DNA of 64,000 nt from Candidatus Latescibacterota bacterium (GCA_965204725.1 OZ242005.1:608001-672000); one strand, 5' to 3'; positions 10,411 through 20,536 are shown, counted from the stretch's first letter. Numbers and translations: made by a program. The notes: generated from the letters alone by a model not told the origin.

Positions 10411-12618
10411 TTAATAAACCATTTCGACGACGCCCAGTGCCGCTTCCTTTTTGGCATCGGTCGCCAAATGGACGCGGAAGAGGTAGATGCCCGGGGGCGC
10501 CCGTCGGCCCGCCGAGTCCGTGCCGTCCCACGCTACGGCAAAACTCCCGCCTCCTTGCTCGCCGGCAAAGAGCGTACGGACGCGCCGCCCAGCCAGATCG
10601 AACACGCGCACAGTAAGCGGCGCGGCATCAACCAACCGCACCAGATCGCAGTGGATCCGGGTTTCGTCGTTGACCCCATCGCCGTTGGGGCTGAACAGAC
10701 GCGGTTGGGCCGCGACGTTGATCATCAGTCGGCGGCCCGCCAGCGGCACCTTTACCGCTAGGTCGTTTGGGTCGGCCGCCCCTAGGGGGATCAAATCGTC
10801 GTCCGCGGGTCCCAAGTCGGCTGCGTTGCCGCCGATGACCCGCTGGCCGAGGGCGTCGGCGGTGCTGTTCCAAGCAGTGCCGGCAAAGGTCGTACCAAAC
10901 CGCAGCACTCGGCACTGGAAGCGGATTTTGACCACCGCCGCCCGCCCGGCCGCCAAATCGCTTTCCTCAATCGCGGGAAAGCGCACCCGTAGATACCGCT
11001 CGGTCGCCGCTTCCACGGCAAAGAGGCCGCTGGCGTCTGAGACGGGCAGATCGGTCAAGGCGACGCCGGTGAAGTCGGCCGTTTGCACCGCGCCGTCGGC
11101 GTGTACGACCTCAATGGTCTCGACCGCTTCGGCCCGCACGGGCGTGGCGATCTCAAACACGTCAAACCCCAAATCGACGCCCCGGCGCATTTTGGTCGGC
11201 AGGACGGCATACGTGAACGACACCGGAACGCCCAGCTCGACTTGGCGCGGGACGACCTCGCTGACGATCCGCTCGGTCAGCGGCGGGTTCGACACCGTAA
11301 AGGCGAGGGCACCCAACGCCCGGGCGGATTCTAAATCTTCGCTCGCAAATTCGGCCTTCAACTGGAAGTAGCGGCGGGGGCCGGGCGAGAGGATGGGCAC
11401 ACCGAGCGTATCCTCGGCCGTTCGCTTGTACGGCGGCGACCAGCGGCTCCACGCGACTAGGTCGTCGCGCACATCGCCCTTATCCGCATTTCTCAAATCG
11501 TCGTACTCGTCCTGCGTCAGCGCGACTTGATTGCGCTCGACAATGGGCAGGGCGTTGAACAGGTCGAGGGCCGCTTGGCCGTCCTCCATGGCGTCGAGGT
11601 CAACCGCATCGCCTGCGGCCGTGGTCGCAACCGCTCCTTCCCGCCACGGCACGTCCTCGCCGTAGCCGCGATGTTGGCGGGTAAATTCCACAGGAGTGTC
11701 GTCCCAACCGCTACGCGAACTTATCTGCAAGCGCGACAGACGCTCGACTCCTACGTGCTCCTCTTGCCAGCGGACGCGCCCCCACAGCGCCAATTCCGCG
11801 CCAAAATCGAAGACATTGGAAAGATAATCGGCGCGGGGCACAAAACCGGAGCCAAAGACGCGAAATTCCGCGATCTCAAATCCCACAGTGGTCTGGGATT
11901 TTAAGCGGATGTAGCGGACGTATTGCGGCGGGATGGTCAGTTCGACGACCGGCTCTTCGTTTTCCGGCTCCAGTTCAACGGTGGTCAGCACCGGCTGATT
12001 GGCGACCTGCGTTTCTTCGCTGCCGTCGTTGAGCAGCAACTCAAAGCCCCGCAGAAAATCGTTTTGGAACGGAAAGTCCGGGGTGGGGAAATCGGGGTGC
12101 GCGTTGCGGGGAAAAAACTGGATGCGCTCGACCCCAAACCGCGCCCCGAGATCGAAATCCATGATGACCCCCAAGGAGTTGACTTGGCTCGCCCCTCGGG
12201 CTGTCTTGCGCTCAAAGGCGGTCGCGGGGTCGTCGTCAATCATAAAAATCAACTGGTCTTTTATGACCTGCGACAATATGGTCGGCGCACCGAGACGACC
12301 GCCGCGGTCGAGAAGGCCCAAGGCGATATTCGCGGTCTCATCCGCCCGTTGCGGCGTCATCCAGCCCAGCCGGCCAGCCGCGTCAAATTCGAGTACATTG
12401 CCCGGGGTATTGCTGACCTCGACCTCGGTCGGGCCGGTTTGGATCAAGGCCGCAATGGTCCCGCCGCCGCCAGCCCACTCCAACCCGTCCTCGCCGCCCA
12501 TGACGATGGTACGGCGTTCAGCCCCTAGGTCTTGGACCACCAAAAACATCAGCACGAGGGCCTTCGCGCCCAGATACAACACAGCCGATTCTCTCCTCGA
12601 TCGGTTGGGATAGGTCAA
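10411..12618 (-). CDS. Secreted discoidin-like + FlgD Ig-like domain protein (paralog 1)
   Basis: IDDDPATAF...DFDLG...RYIRL...EIAEFRVFG; C-terminal FSPNGDGVND...VFDLAGRRVRTL...WDG...PPGIYL. Confidence 0.85.
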   Translation of the reverse strand: MTYPNRSRRESAVLYLGAKALVLMFLVVQDLGAERRTIVMGGEDGLEWAGGGGTIAALIQTGPTEVEVSNTPGNVLEFDAAGRLGWMTPQRADETANIALGLLDRGGRLGAPTILSQVIKDQLIFMIDDDPATAFERKTARGASQVNSLGVIMDFDLGARFGVERIQFFPRNAHPDFPTPDFPFQNDFLRGFELLLNDGSEETQVANQPVLTTVELEPENEEPVVELTIPPQYVRYIRLKSQTTVGFEIAEFRVFGSGFVPRADYLSNVFDFGAELALWGRVRWQEEHVGVERLSRLQISSRSGWDDTPVEFTRQHRGYGEDVPWREGAVATTAAGDAVDLDAMEDGQAALDLFNALPIVERNQVALTQDEYDDLRNADKGDVRDDLVAWSRWSPPYKRTAEDTLGVPILSPGPRRYFQLKAEFASEDLESARALGALAFTVSNPPLTERIVSEVVPRQVELGVPVSFTYAVLPTKMRRGVDLGFDVFEIATPVRAEAVETIEVVHADGAVQTADFTGVALTDLPVSDASGLFAVEAATERYLRVRFPAIEESDLAAGRAAVVKIRFQCRVLRFGTTFAGTAWNSTADALGQRVIGGNAADLGPADDDLIPLGAADPNDLAVKVPLAGRRLMINVAAQPRLFSPNGDGVNDETRIHCDLVRLVDAAPLTVRVFDLAGRRVRTLFAGEQGGGSFAVAWDGTDSAGRRAPPGIYLFRVHLATDAKKEAALGVVEMVY

Positions 12619-15188
12619 TACGCCACGTGCAGCACGCGCTGAACCCCCGTTTGCCGGACGCCGCGGTCCGAATCTGCGTCCACGTCGATCCGCAAGATAT
12701 ACACCCCGGGCGGAACCACCTGCCCCTGCTCGTCTTGGGCCGCCCAGTCAATCCCGTATTGCCCGGCCACTAAGGGCTTGTAGGCATCGAGCCGACGCAC
12801 CAAGCGGCCACCGAGGTCGTAGATTCGCACTTTGACGGGCCGCGCCCCGCTCAGCCGACGCACGGTGAAATCAATGGTTAGCGCGTCGTTGACCCCGTCG
12901 CCGTTGGGCGTCACGACCTCGGGCTGAATGCCCAAGTCGCCGAGGACTTTGTCGTCCTGCACCGACGCTACGATCTGCAACCCCCCGCTCTGGGCCAGTT
13001 CGGTGACGTCCGCGGGGTCAACTTGCTGCCACGAGTTGGCCAACGACGAATTGCCCAGCGCCGCTTGCAGGACGACCCCAGGCGAAAACAGGGCCGTAGT
13101 AAACCGCACCTCAAGCAAGTCGATCTGCCCGCCCCGCTCGACCAGCCGGTCGAGGCGCAACCAGAGCGAGTCCGAGCGCGTTTCCACCACTTCTACGGCG
13201 AGCTCCTCGGGTTGGCCGCTGGCCCACTGCGCCGAGCTACCCAAGCGCAACGCGCCAAACTCGAGCGACATATCCGGCGGCGAGCGCACCAAGATCTCAT
13301 CAAAGCCCAGATCCTGCGGCCCAAAGGTCGGCTCGACAAACAGCGAAACCTCCTGCGGCGCACCCAAGCGCGCAAAGACCCCGAGGTCTAGTTCGCCCTG
13401 AAGCTGCTTGGCGACCGGCGGATTGAAGTTCAAGCGGATGGAGTGCAATCGGGCCGCCTCCATGGGGTCGGCGGTCGCCAACCGGGCGCGCAATAGCAGG
13501 TATTGACGCGGGCTGGGCGAAGTAATGGGGTCGCCGGAACGCACGTAGGGCGCGCTCCAATTGCTCCAGTCGGAACCGGCCACCTGTAGGGTGTCGATTC
13601 GACCCTTCTTAAAAAAGCCCAACTTCTCGTATTTGCCCGCCGAGACTTCCACGCCGCCACTGTCGTAGTACCGATAGGCTTCGGCCACCTCGTTGCCGGT
13701 GCGGGTTTGGATTTGCACCGCCGTGCCCGAGGGCGCGTCCGCCTCCCATTCGATGGACACGAGGCTCTTGGCCCCCTGCAAGGGAATCAGCCCCGACTCC
13801 AGCGCCACCTCGGGATGATACCCTTCACCGTAGATCTGCACTTCGCGGACACGCGCCTTATTCCCCTCTCGGCCCGACTCGCTGCTGGCAAAGGGATAGG
13901 CTAGGCGCACAAAGCGGGCCGGCGTCGGCTCGAAGGTGTTGACCTCAAACGCCGTGCCCAAGCCGCGGACCTGGGCCGGCGCCGCCCACAACCGGCCGCC
14001 ACCGGGGGCGGGCGTACCATCTGAAGTCTGGATTTCGTATTGGTGAAAACTGGCACCCGTCAGCCGGCCGCCGGCGACGCTGAGGTTGTACCATAGCTGC
14101 ACGGTGTCGAGCCAGTAGGAAGCCCCTAGGTCAAACTCCAGAAAGCGCTCGCCAAAGGCCACGTTCCCCGTCTGAAAGGCTTTGAGATTAAAGGTCAGAT
14201 AGGTCCCCTCCCCATCGACGAGGTTGCCCACAGACCCTTCGTGCGAGCTTTCGGCGCTGCCATTGCGGTCGAGGATCAGGCCCTGCGAAATGTTTTTGCC
14301 CAGCTCATAGACAGCCAACTCGGCCAAGCGCGGCCGCTCCCGCCGATAGTAGCGCACCGAGCCGCGCAACTGCGGGTCAATCGCCTCGTAAATCGCTTGC
14401 TCGACCTCCACCTCCCCTTCCCCCACCTGCTTGTAGAAAACCACGTCTCCCCGGTCGCGCCTCGCCAACGCTTCATACTCGTCGGCCGACACCTCGACCG
14501 CACGTCCTCCGTCGCTTTCGGAGACCACGATTTGGACGAAGCGCACCATGTCGCCGGCAAAATCCACCCCGGGCACCGGATTGATGAGCTCCCCGCGGTT
14601 CAGGTCGAACTCAAACGCGCGCTGGTTTTTGTTGTCGCTGGGCGTCCGGTACACCAAGTGCATGGGCACTTTGCCCGCCACCTTGTTGCCTTGGTCCGCA
14701 TTGTCAGCCGTTAGCACCGCGAACTGTAGGAAGGGATCGCCCTGCCCCTCGGGCACAAATTGCAACCCAATGCGCGTGGCGTTGATCAACCGCCCCATAT
14801 CGACTTGGAACCACCAATCCCGCAGCGGGCTGTCCGGGTCGGGTTCCCAATAGGTCGTTGCGTCGCCGTCGAAGAGGTTGGCGACCGCCGCCTGATTGGT
14901 CCCGGCCTCAATCGCGTCGAGGATGGTCGCGTTGTCGGGATCGGAAGCGGTGCGCCGCAGGTGTTGGACAATGTCCGTCACGGCGTTGTGGTCCTTGGGC
15001 ACGAAGGCCGGAGCGACCGCCCCGCTGGCCGAGAGGTCCAGCGTCCCCTCGACAAAGGCCCAATGGCTCCAGTGGCGTTGGGTATTTACGGCGACGTGGT
15101 CGGAGCGCAAGGCGTGATTCTGCGCCCCAACCAACCCCCACAACCCGAGCCCCATCCCCAGCGCCAGTGCGAATTTTTCGCGGACCAT
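12615..15188 (-). CDS. Secreted protein with two discoidin-like modules and a FlgD Ig-like domain (paralog 2, 857 aa)
   Basis: Start corrected to MVREKFALAL (AGGAG RBS, signal peptide); LFDGDATTYW, DMGRL, FDLGASY; VTPNGDGVND...IYDLGGRLVR...PPGVYIL. Confidence 0.85.
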   Translation of the reverse strand: MVREKFALALGMGLGLWGLVGAQNHALRSDHVAVNTQRHWSHWAFVEGTLDLSASGAVAPAFVPKDHNAVTDIVQHLRRTASDPDNATILDAIEAGTNQAAVANLFDGDATTYWEPDPDSPLRDWWFQVDMGRLINATRIGLQFVPEGQGDPFLQFAVLTADNADQGNKVAGKVPMHLVYRTPSDNKNQRAFEFDLNRGELINPVPGVDFAGDMVRFVQIVVSESDGGRAVEVSADEYEALARRDRGDVVFYKQVGEGEVEVEQAIYEAIDPQLRGSVRYYRRERPRLAELAVYELGKNISQGLILDRNGSAESSHEGSVGNLVDGEGTYLTFNLKAFQTGNVAFGERFLEFDLGASYWLDTVQLWYNLSVAGGRLTGASFHQYEIQTSDGTPAPGGGRLWAAPAQVRGLGTAFEVNTFEPTPARFVRLAYPFASSESGREGNKARVREVQIYGEGYHPEVALESGLIPLQGAKSLVSIEWEADAPSGTAVQIQTRTGNEVAEAYRYYDSGGVEVSAGKYEKLGFFKKGRIDTLQVAGSDWSNWSAPYVRSGDPITSPSPRQYLLLRARLATADPMEAARLHSIRLNFNPPVAKQLQGELDLGVFARLGAPQEVSLFVEPTFGPQDLGFDEILVRSPPDMSLEFGALRLGSSAQWASGQPEELAVEVVETRSDSLWLRLDRLVERGGQIDLLEVRFTTALFSPGVVLQAALGNSSLANSWQQVDPADVTELAQSGGLQIVASVQDDKVLGDLGIQPEVVTPNGDGVNDALTIDFTVRRLSGARPVKVRIYDLGGRLVRRLDAYKPLVAGQYGIDWAAQDEQGQVVPPGVYILRIDVDADSDRGVRQTGVQRVLHVAY

Positions 15189-15213
15189 AGCCAATCTCCT
15201 CAACGAGCCGGTT

Positions 15214-17202
15214 TCAATAGGCGACCGCGGCAACCCCAGTGCGCTGCTGCGGCCCCTCTTCGGTCTGTACCTCAACGCGGCAAATGTACACCCCCGGGGC
15301 CACCGGCTGGCCGCGCTCGTCCAAACCGTCCCATTGCCGCCGGTGGCGACCGGCCGCGTCGCGCCCCTGATACACCGCACGCACCAACCCGCCGGCCAAG
15401 TCCCGCACCTCCACCACGGTCGGGGTCGGCACCACCAGTTTGAGCAGATTATAAGTAATGTCCAATCCGTCGTTGACGCCGTCGCCGTTGGGCGTAAAAA
15501 CGCCCCCGGCCAAGTCGAGCGCCCCAAGGACCCGAGTGCCCAGCGCAACCGCCTGCACCGAAAGGGTGTTGCCGTCGCGCAGGGCTGTGGCATCGCCCGC
15601 CTGCACCGACTGCCCAATCTCCTGCGGGGTTTGGCTGTCGGACACGCGCCCGGCAAAGGTCGCTCCGTAGCGGAAAATCTCGCCGCTGAAATCCACCTCC
15701 ACCACCTCTTCCGTGCGGTCCACGTCCAGCCTCGGTACGCCGACCACCAGCCGCTCGCCGCCTTCTTCGATCCGCTCAAAAGCCACCGCTTGCCCCCCGA
15801 TCCGCACGTCGTCAATGCTCACCAAGCGCCCGCCTTGAGCCGAGATTTCCAAGCGGTCAAACCCCGGATCGTCGAGTCCAATGGTGGGCCGGATGGCGTA
15901 GGTAAACTGCGTCACTTGGGCCGTTTCTGCCTGATAGGGATCAATTTCTCCCACCAGCGCCGCGACGGTCGGCCGCGACGCGGTAAACTCCAAGTAATTC
16001 ACCCGGCTGCCCGCGGCGACATTCGATTGGAAGTCCAAATCAAATTGCACAAAACGCCGGGGCTTGGTCGCCGACCAGCGCGTCCCGGTGCTGTCGCTAA
16101 AATCGTAGGTCGTCGACCAGAAATCCCAATGGTCGGCATCGCGGGTGATCCGGCCGCGCTCGGAAATTTCCAAGCGTCCGTAGGTCCGCAGGGTCAGCGG
16201 CCTGCCCCTGCTGTCGTAGTTCACCTGCTCGTCGCCGCGGAACGTATGACGCCAGTATATGTTGGGGTCGGCATCGCTGCCGCTCTGGCTGCGGACGTTG
16301 ACCGTGGCCTCAGCGTCCTCGCGCCCCGACCAGCGCAGTTCGCCGAGCGTGACCTCTTGGCCTAAATCGAGGATGTTGGACCGGTACGAGGCGTTGGGCA
16401 CATAGCCGGGGGCGAAGATCTCGAACTCGGCGATCTCCCAATCGCGCGTCGGCTGCGAAGGCACAAACAGCACCACGCGCCGAATGTACTCACCGGTGAG
16501 TTCCACCTCCACGGTGGAGCGGGTGTTTTCCTCGACCTCCAATAGCGCGTTGAAATACATGTCTTTGCGGTTGTACAGATCGCGGTGCGCCCGGTTGATG
16601 AAGTCCAAGCAGTTATCCGTCCGCCCGGCCGTACACAAATCTACGCTGCTGATCCCGGCTTCCTCAATCGTCAGCGTATTGGTCCAAACGTGAAAGAGTT
16701 CGATGTAGTTGTCTTCGTTGCCGGTGCGCGTAAAAAAGCGGAGGCGATCTACGGCAAATAAACCCCCGAGGTCGAACAACAAGGTTTTGCCGAACCGCAA
16801 GTCATCCCCCACGTTCACCCGATTCGATCCCTTCTCCTCGTAATAGGCCGTCTCGCGATCGCCGTCGTTTATCAAGACGATATCGTCGGTTTCGATCCAA
16901 GCCTGAAAGCCTTGGGTCTGCAAGTAGCCGCCGCGATCTTTGACGGTCGGCGCGATGTTGAAATCAGCGGGAAAGAACAACGGGGCAATGCCGTCGGGAG
17001 CAATCGTCAGGGACTCGCTGACCCCCTGCAAGTCGGCATCGAGCGCGGCCCAGCTAAATTGGACGAAATCAGCTTCCCCGCTGGCCACTTCGGGCGGCAG
17101 CGGCAAGCCCTCGCCACCCAACCGATAGACGGTCAATCCCACCACCGGAGCACTGCTCGCGGCCAACAACAGCGCGACGCAGCATCCTCTAAATGCGACC
17201 AT
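15214..17202 (-). CDS. Secreted discoidin-like + FlgD Ig-like domain protein (paralog 3)
   Basis: Start MVAFRG (GGAGA RBS); INDGDRETAY, FDLGG, WEIAEFEIF; FTPNGDGVND...DLAGGLVR...WDG...APGVY. Confidence 0.85.
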   Translation of the reverse strand: MVAFRGCCVALLLAASSAPVVGLTVYRLGGEGLPLPPEVASGEADFVQFSWAALDADLQGVSESLTIAPDGIAPLFFPADFNIAPTVKDRGGYLQTQGFQAWIETDDIVLINDGDRETAYYEEKGSNRVNVGDDLRFGKTLLFDLGGLFAVDRLRFFTRTGNEDNYIELFHVWTNTLTIEEAGISSVDLCTAGRTDNCLDFINRAHRDLYNRKDMYFNALLEVEENTRSTVEVELTGEYIRRVVLFVPSQPTRDWEIAEFEIFAPGYVPNASYRSNILDLGQEVTLGELRWSGREDAEATVNVRSQSGSDADPNIYWRHTFRGDEQVNYDSRGRPLTLRTYGRLEISERGRITRDADHWDFWSTTYDFSDSTGTRWSATKPRRFVQFDLDFQSNVAAGSRVNYLEFTASRPTVAALVGEIDPYQAETAQVTQFTYAIRPTIGLDDPGFDRLEISAQGGRLVSIDDVRIGGQAVAFERIEEGGERLVVGVPRLDVDRTEEVVEVDFSGEIFRYGATFAGRVSDSQTPQEIGQSVQAGDATALRDGNTLSVQAVALGTRVLGALDLAGGVFTPNGDGVNDGLDITYNLLKLVVPTPTVVEVRDLAGGLVRAVYQGRDAAGRHRRQWDGLDERGQPVAPGVYICRVEVQTEEGPQQRTGVAAVAY

Positions 17203-17234
17203 ACGAACATCTCCCAAGGAGAAGGACTTTATAA

Positions 17235-17269
17235 CTGAAGGGGAGATGCCCTAGACACCTCCCCTTCAG
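17235..17269 (-). terminator. Stem-loop after the first cassette gene (terminator/attenuator or mRNA stabiliser)
   Basis: CTGAAGGGGA...TCCCCTTCAG 10-bp perfect stem; weak U-tract. Confidence 0.55.
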
Positions 17270-17300
17270 AGACTACAGGTACTGACAGACGCGAAGCAAA

Positions 17301-18263
17301 CTATTGGATATAGACCGCCTTGATGCGCCCCCAGCTTTCTTCTTCCACCGAGGTGCCGGTGCCGAGGCTGCTGAAATCCACGCGGGGATCAATCGGCGCG
17401 AGCAGGAAGTCCGAGCAATTGACGCAGTCGAACCACATCTGGATGTTGGGGTTGATGCCCCAGCCGCCATCGCTGGCGCCGCCGTTGTCCTCTTCGGCCG
17501 AATCCATGTCGTGTACGACCCAGCCCAAGCCGATGGTATTGCCCTCGACAAAGGTGTGAATTTGGCTCTCGTCCGGGCCGACCCAGTAGAAATCGTCCCA
17601 AGCAACCGACATCACCTCAATGCGCGCGGTGACCTCGCCGGAGTTGACTTCGCCATCTAGCTGGAACCCGTAATCGCCCCACGGGGGCTTGTCGTGCCAA
17701 GTGGAATTGCTGTTGAAGAACCACTTCCAACCGACGGCTCGGTTGGCATCGGGCAATTCAGGCCAGACATAGTGGGCGTTCTGGGCCAGCCGGCCTTGGT
17801 TGCGCTGGCGCTCTTCGTCGTCGTCGTAGTCGTCGGGGAGCGCGAAGTGCCGGTCGCCGCCGTGGTCGGCGTCGATCATGATTTCCCAGCTATCGTCGCC
17901 CGCGGCCACCGCGCCGACGCCATTGCGATCCCAGTAGTTGTCAAAACGCTCCATCATCAGGTAGAGGCGGTTGGTTCCCGCGCTCCACGCACCCACCACC
18001 CGAAACGACAGATTGCTCTCATCGTTTTCGTGGCCCAAGCCGAGATAGTACTCGAAGTGCGAGTCAAAGGGAACGTAGTAATCCTCTGGGACGATATCCC
18101 ATTCCGAGAGGTCGCCGTCCAAGGTGGGTTCCTGACCTGCGGGCCACTGGAAAAGCGTACCGGAGTCAATGCCGGGGATCGGCACATGGGCCGATGCCGC
18201 GCTGGCCTGTAGCAGGATGCCGAGGGCCAAAACAGTCGCGCTGCTCAGAATTTTCTTCTTCAT
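17301..18263 (-). CDS. Secreted CBM9/DOMON-like protein with C-terminal TSVEEESWGRIK motif
   Basis: Start MKKKILSS (GAGGTGA RBS); signal ASA-H; PTLDGDLSEW, NRLYL, DSWEIMIDAD, IGLGWVVHDMD typical of CBM9-like folds. Confidence 0.75.
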   Translation of the reverse strand: MKKKILSSATVLALGILLQASAASAHVPIPGIDSGTLFQWPAGQEPTLDGDLSEWDIVPEDYYVPFDSHFEYYLGLGHENDESNLSFRVVGAWSAGTNRLYLMMERFDNYWDRNGVGAVAAGDDSWEIMIDADHGGDRHFALPDDYDDDEERQRNQGRLAQNAHYVWPELPDANRAVGWKWFFNSNSTWHDKPPWGDYGFQLDGEVNSGEVTARIEVMSVAWDDFYWVGPDESQIHTFVEGNTIGLGWVVHDMDSAEEDNGGASDGGWGINPNIQMWFDCVNCSDFLLAPIDPRVDFSSLGTGTSVEEESWGRIKAVYIQ

Positions 18264-18368
18264 AATGCGATTCACCTCATAGGTTCGTGGATTAAACGGG
18301 TCAAAAAACGAAAGTGAGCTTCTAATGCCAAACGGCCTCTGCACCTCCTTTCATCAGCTCTTAATAAT

Positions 18369-18386
18369 TGCTAAACAACATTAGCA
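18369..18386. promoter_or_regulatory. Possible operator TGCTAA-N6-TTAGCA in the AT-rich cassette promoter region
   Basis: Perfect 6-bp dyad in an AT-rich intergenic segment upstream of the cassette. Confidence 0.3.
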
Positions 18387-18425
18387 CAATATGCAAAAAA
18401 CGGCAAACAATTATGTTGGCGGCGG

Positions 18426-20450
18426 CTAGTTGGCAACGTCCTCCGCCAGATACCAAGTCTCTGGATAGTACGGCCACGTCCAGCGCGAATCCCAGCCCCA
18501 ATAGCCTTGGGGCGGCACGTTGCGCAGCTTGCGGCTGACTACGACCGGATGCGGCCCCAAGCCAATGACGCCGAGTGCCCACAGGTTTTCGGCTTGGCTG
18601 CGGAGGATTTTCTTGCCCAGCGCAATGCGCTCGTCCTCGTCTGTGGTGCGGCGCAACCTCTCCCACCAGCCAAGCAGCTCCCGGATCTCGGCCGGCGGCT
18701 CCCACCCGAGCGCGCCGTCGGAAAAGTACCACCGCGTCCACTTGGACCACTGGCTCTGCTCCCAGCCGCCATTGGTCGGCACGTACCAGTACGGCTCAAT
18801 GGGAAAGAGGATGTCCGCGTTGCGGTCGGCGTGCCATATAGTCATGTCCATCAAGCCCGCCCGGGCGCGAATTCGTTGCAGCGTGCCGCTGATCTGCTTG
18901 AGATGGATGGCGACGCCCACCTCGCGCCAGTAGGCCGCGACCAAGTCCAAGGTGACCTGCTTGGGCGTCTCCCCGATCATGTACTCCAAGGTGATTTGCA
19001 ACGGCTCGCCGTCGAGCCGCTCGCGCTGGCCATCGCCGTCGCGATCGACGAGCCCCATTTCGTCGAACAGGGCCTTGGCCCGCGCTGGGTCAAACTCGGC
19101 CCACGCAGCGGCAAATTCTGGCTCGAAGTAGCGGCTCGAAGGCACCACCGTCAACTGACGCGGCACCCCGTAGCCAAAGTACACGATGTCGTTGATTTCC
19201 TCCCGATGGATGGCCAGCGACATGGCCCGCCGGAAGCGCACATCCTGAAAAATCCGCCGCAGCTCCGCGTCGGGATGATTCAAATTGAACTGCAACACCA
19301 CGTCCGAGCCGTAGGGCCGCGGCCAGACGTACGTGGAATAGCCGTTGCGCTGCTCAAAGCGCTTAAACAGCGGAATATCAGCCGTCATAAACTGCCGCCC
19401 AGCAAAGTCGATCTGTCCGGTCGCGGCTTTTGCCGCCATGATCTCGGGGCTATCGACCCGCTGCACCTCCAGATAGTCGATATAGGGCAACTGGTTGCCC
19501 TCGGGATCGACCTTGGGGTAGTAGGGATTGCGGCGCAGCAAGGCGCGGGTCGAGGTCCGGCTGACCAGCACGTACGCGGTCAGCACCGGGCGGTTGAAGG
19601 GGATCAGATCGGTCGTGCTGTTGACGGCCCCGAAATAGGTGCGCCAGTCCTGCAAACCGAGCGCTTCGGCCTCGCGCTCCAACTGCGCCCGCTCGGTAAA
19701 CGCCGGATGGTAGCGGCGCATGAAGTGCGCTGGCACTGCTAGGCGCGCACTGTTGTGGGCGAGGTGGTTGACAAACAGCGGCATGGGCTGGGGAAAGTGA
19801 TAACTGAAGCTGTGGGCATCGTGCTTTTCAATCCGCGCCCCTTTGAAGCGAGGCTCCACGACCGGCGTGAGTTCCTCGTTCATCAGCACGTGGTCGAACC
19901 AGAACGCATAGTCGTCGGCCGTCACCGGATGGCCGTCGGACCACTTGTGCCCGGGGCGCAGGGTGATCCGCAAGGTCCGCGCCCCATGGAGGTATTCGGC
20001 CTGTTGGGCAAAATTCGGCAGGTTCAGCCGCATCTGCGGCCCTGGGCGCAGCACCCCTTCGGGCACGTTGATCAGGCTTTCACCGGCAAAAAACAGCCGG
20101 GCCGTACCCCCGTAGCGGCCCAGTTCGCCGCTGGGTTCGACCACCACCGGATCGTCGGGCAGGCGCTCGGCGACCGGCGGCAATTCACCGGCCGCTACCG
20201 CTGAGTCGAGCACGGGCGATTGGCCGAAGCGCTGCAAGCCCACGGCCGAAGCCGTAGCCGGCGGCCGGAACCAAGCCTCCGGCCACGCGCTGCGCGGGAT
20301 GTCGCCCGTCGGCGCCGCGCGCTGGACCGCGGCCGCCGGGTGCGGACGCTCCGTTTCGACCGGCGCACAGCCCAACCACGCCACCGCGCCGACGCGCCAT
20401 ACCATCTTACCCCATCCAATCGCCTGCATGACCTCTTTCCTTTGGCCCAT
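18426..20450 (-). CDS. ABC transporter substrate-binding protein, family 5 (oligosaccharide/peptide type)
   Basis: GELPPVAERLP..P, GRYGG, LRPGHKWSDGHPVTADD, RNPYY.KVD.EGNQLPYID, FRRAMSLAI; lipobox-like WLGC; no permease adjacent; start may be slightly downstream. Confidence 0.9.
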   Translation of the reverse strand: MGQRKEVMQAIGWGKMVWRVGAVAWLGCAPVETERPHPAAAVQRAAPTGDIPRSAWPEAWFRPPATASAVGLQRFGQSPVLDSAVAAGELPPVAERLPDDPVVVEPSGELGRYGGTARLFFAGESLINVPEGVLRPGPQMRLNLPNFAQQAEYLHGARTLRITLRPGHKWSDGHPVTADDYAFWFDHVLMNEELTPVVEPRFKGARIEKHDAHSFSYHFPQPMPLFVNHLAHNSARLAVPAHFMRRYHPAFTERAQLEREAEALGLQDWRTYFGAVNSTTDLIPFNRPVLTAYVLVSRTSTRALLRRNPYYPKVDPEGNQLPYIDYLEVQRVDSPEIMAAKAATGQIDFAGRQFMTADIPLFKRFEQRNGYSTYVWPRPYGSDVVLQFNLNHPDAELRRIFQDVRFRRAMSLAIHREEINDIVYFGYGVPRQLTVVPSSRYFEPEFAAAWAEFDPARAKALFDEMGLVDRDGDGQRERLDGEPLQITLEYMIGETPKQVTLDLVAAYWREVGVAIHLKQISGTLQRIRARAGLMDMTIWHADRNADILFPIEPYWYVPTNGGWEQSQWSKWTRWYFSDGALGWEPPAEIRELLGWWERLRRTTDEDERIALGKKILRSQAENLWALGVIGLGPHPVVVSRKLRNVPPQGYWGWDSRWTWPYYPETWYLAEDVAN

Positions 20451-20536
20451 CTCCTTGACGGGTTGGGCGAAGTTTTATAGTCTGTATCCCCGCCAGCCCT
20501 TCAGCCCCTGCGCGGCGCGCTGTGCCGCAAAACGCC

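Noticed and set aside
15189-15815. N-terminal 209 aa of the 1066-aa ORF
   Set aside because: Overlaps the upstream FlgD gene in another frame; the true start with RBS and signal peptide is at 15188
18387-18425. Sigma-54 promoter for the envelope cassette
   Set aside because: TTGC is present but there is no correctly spaced GG at -24
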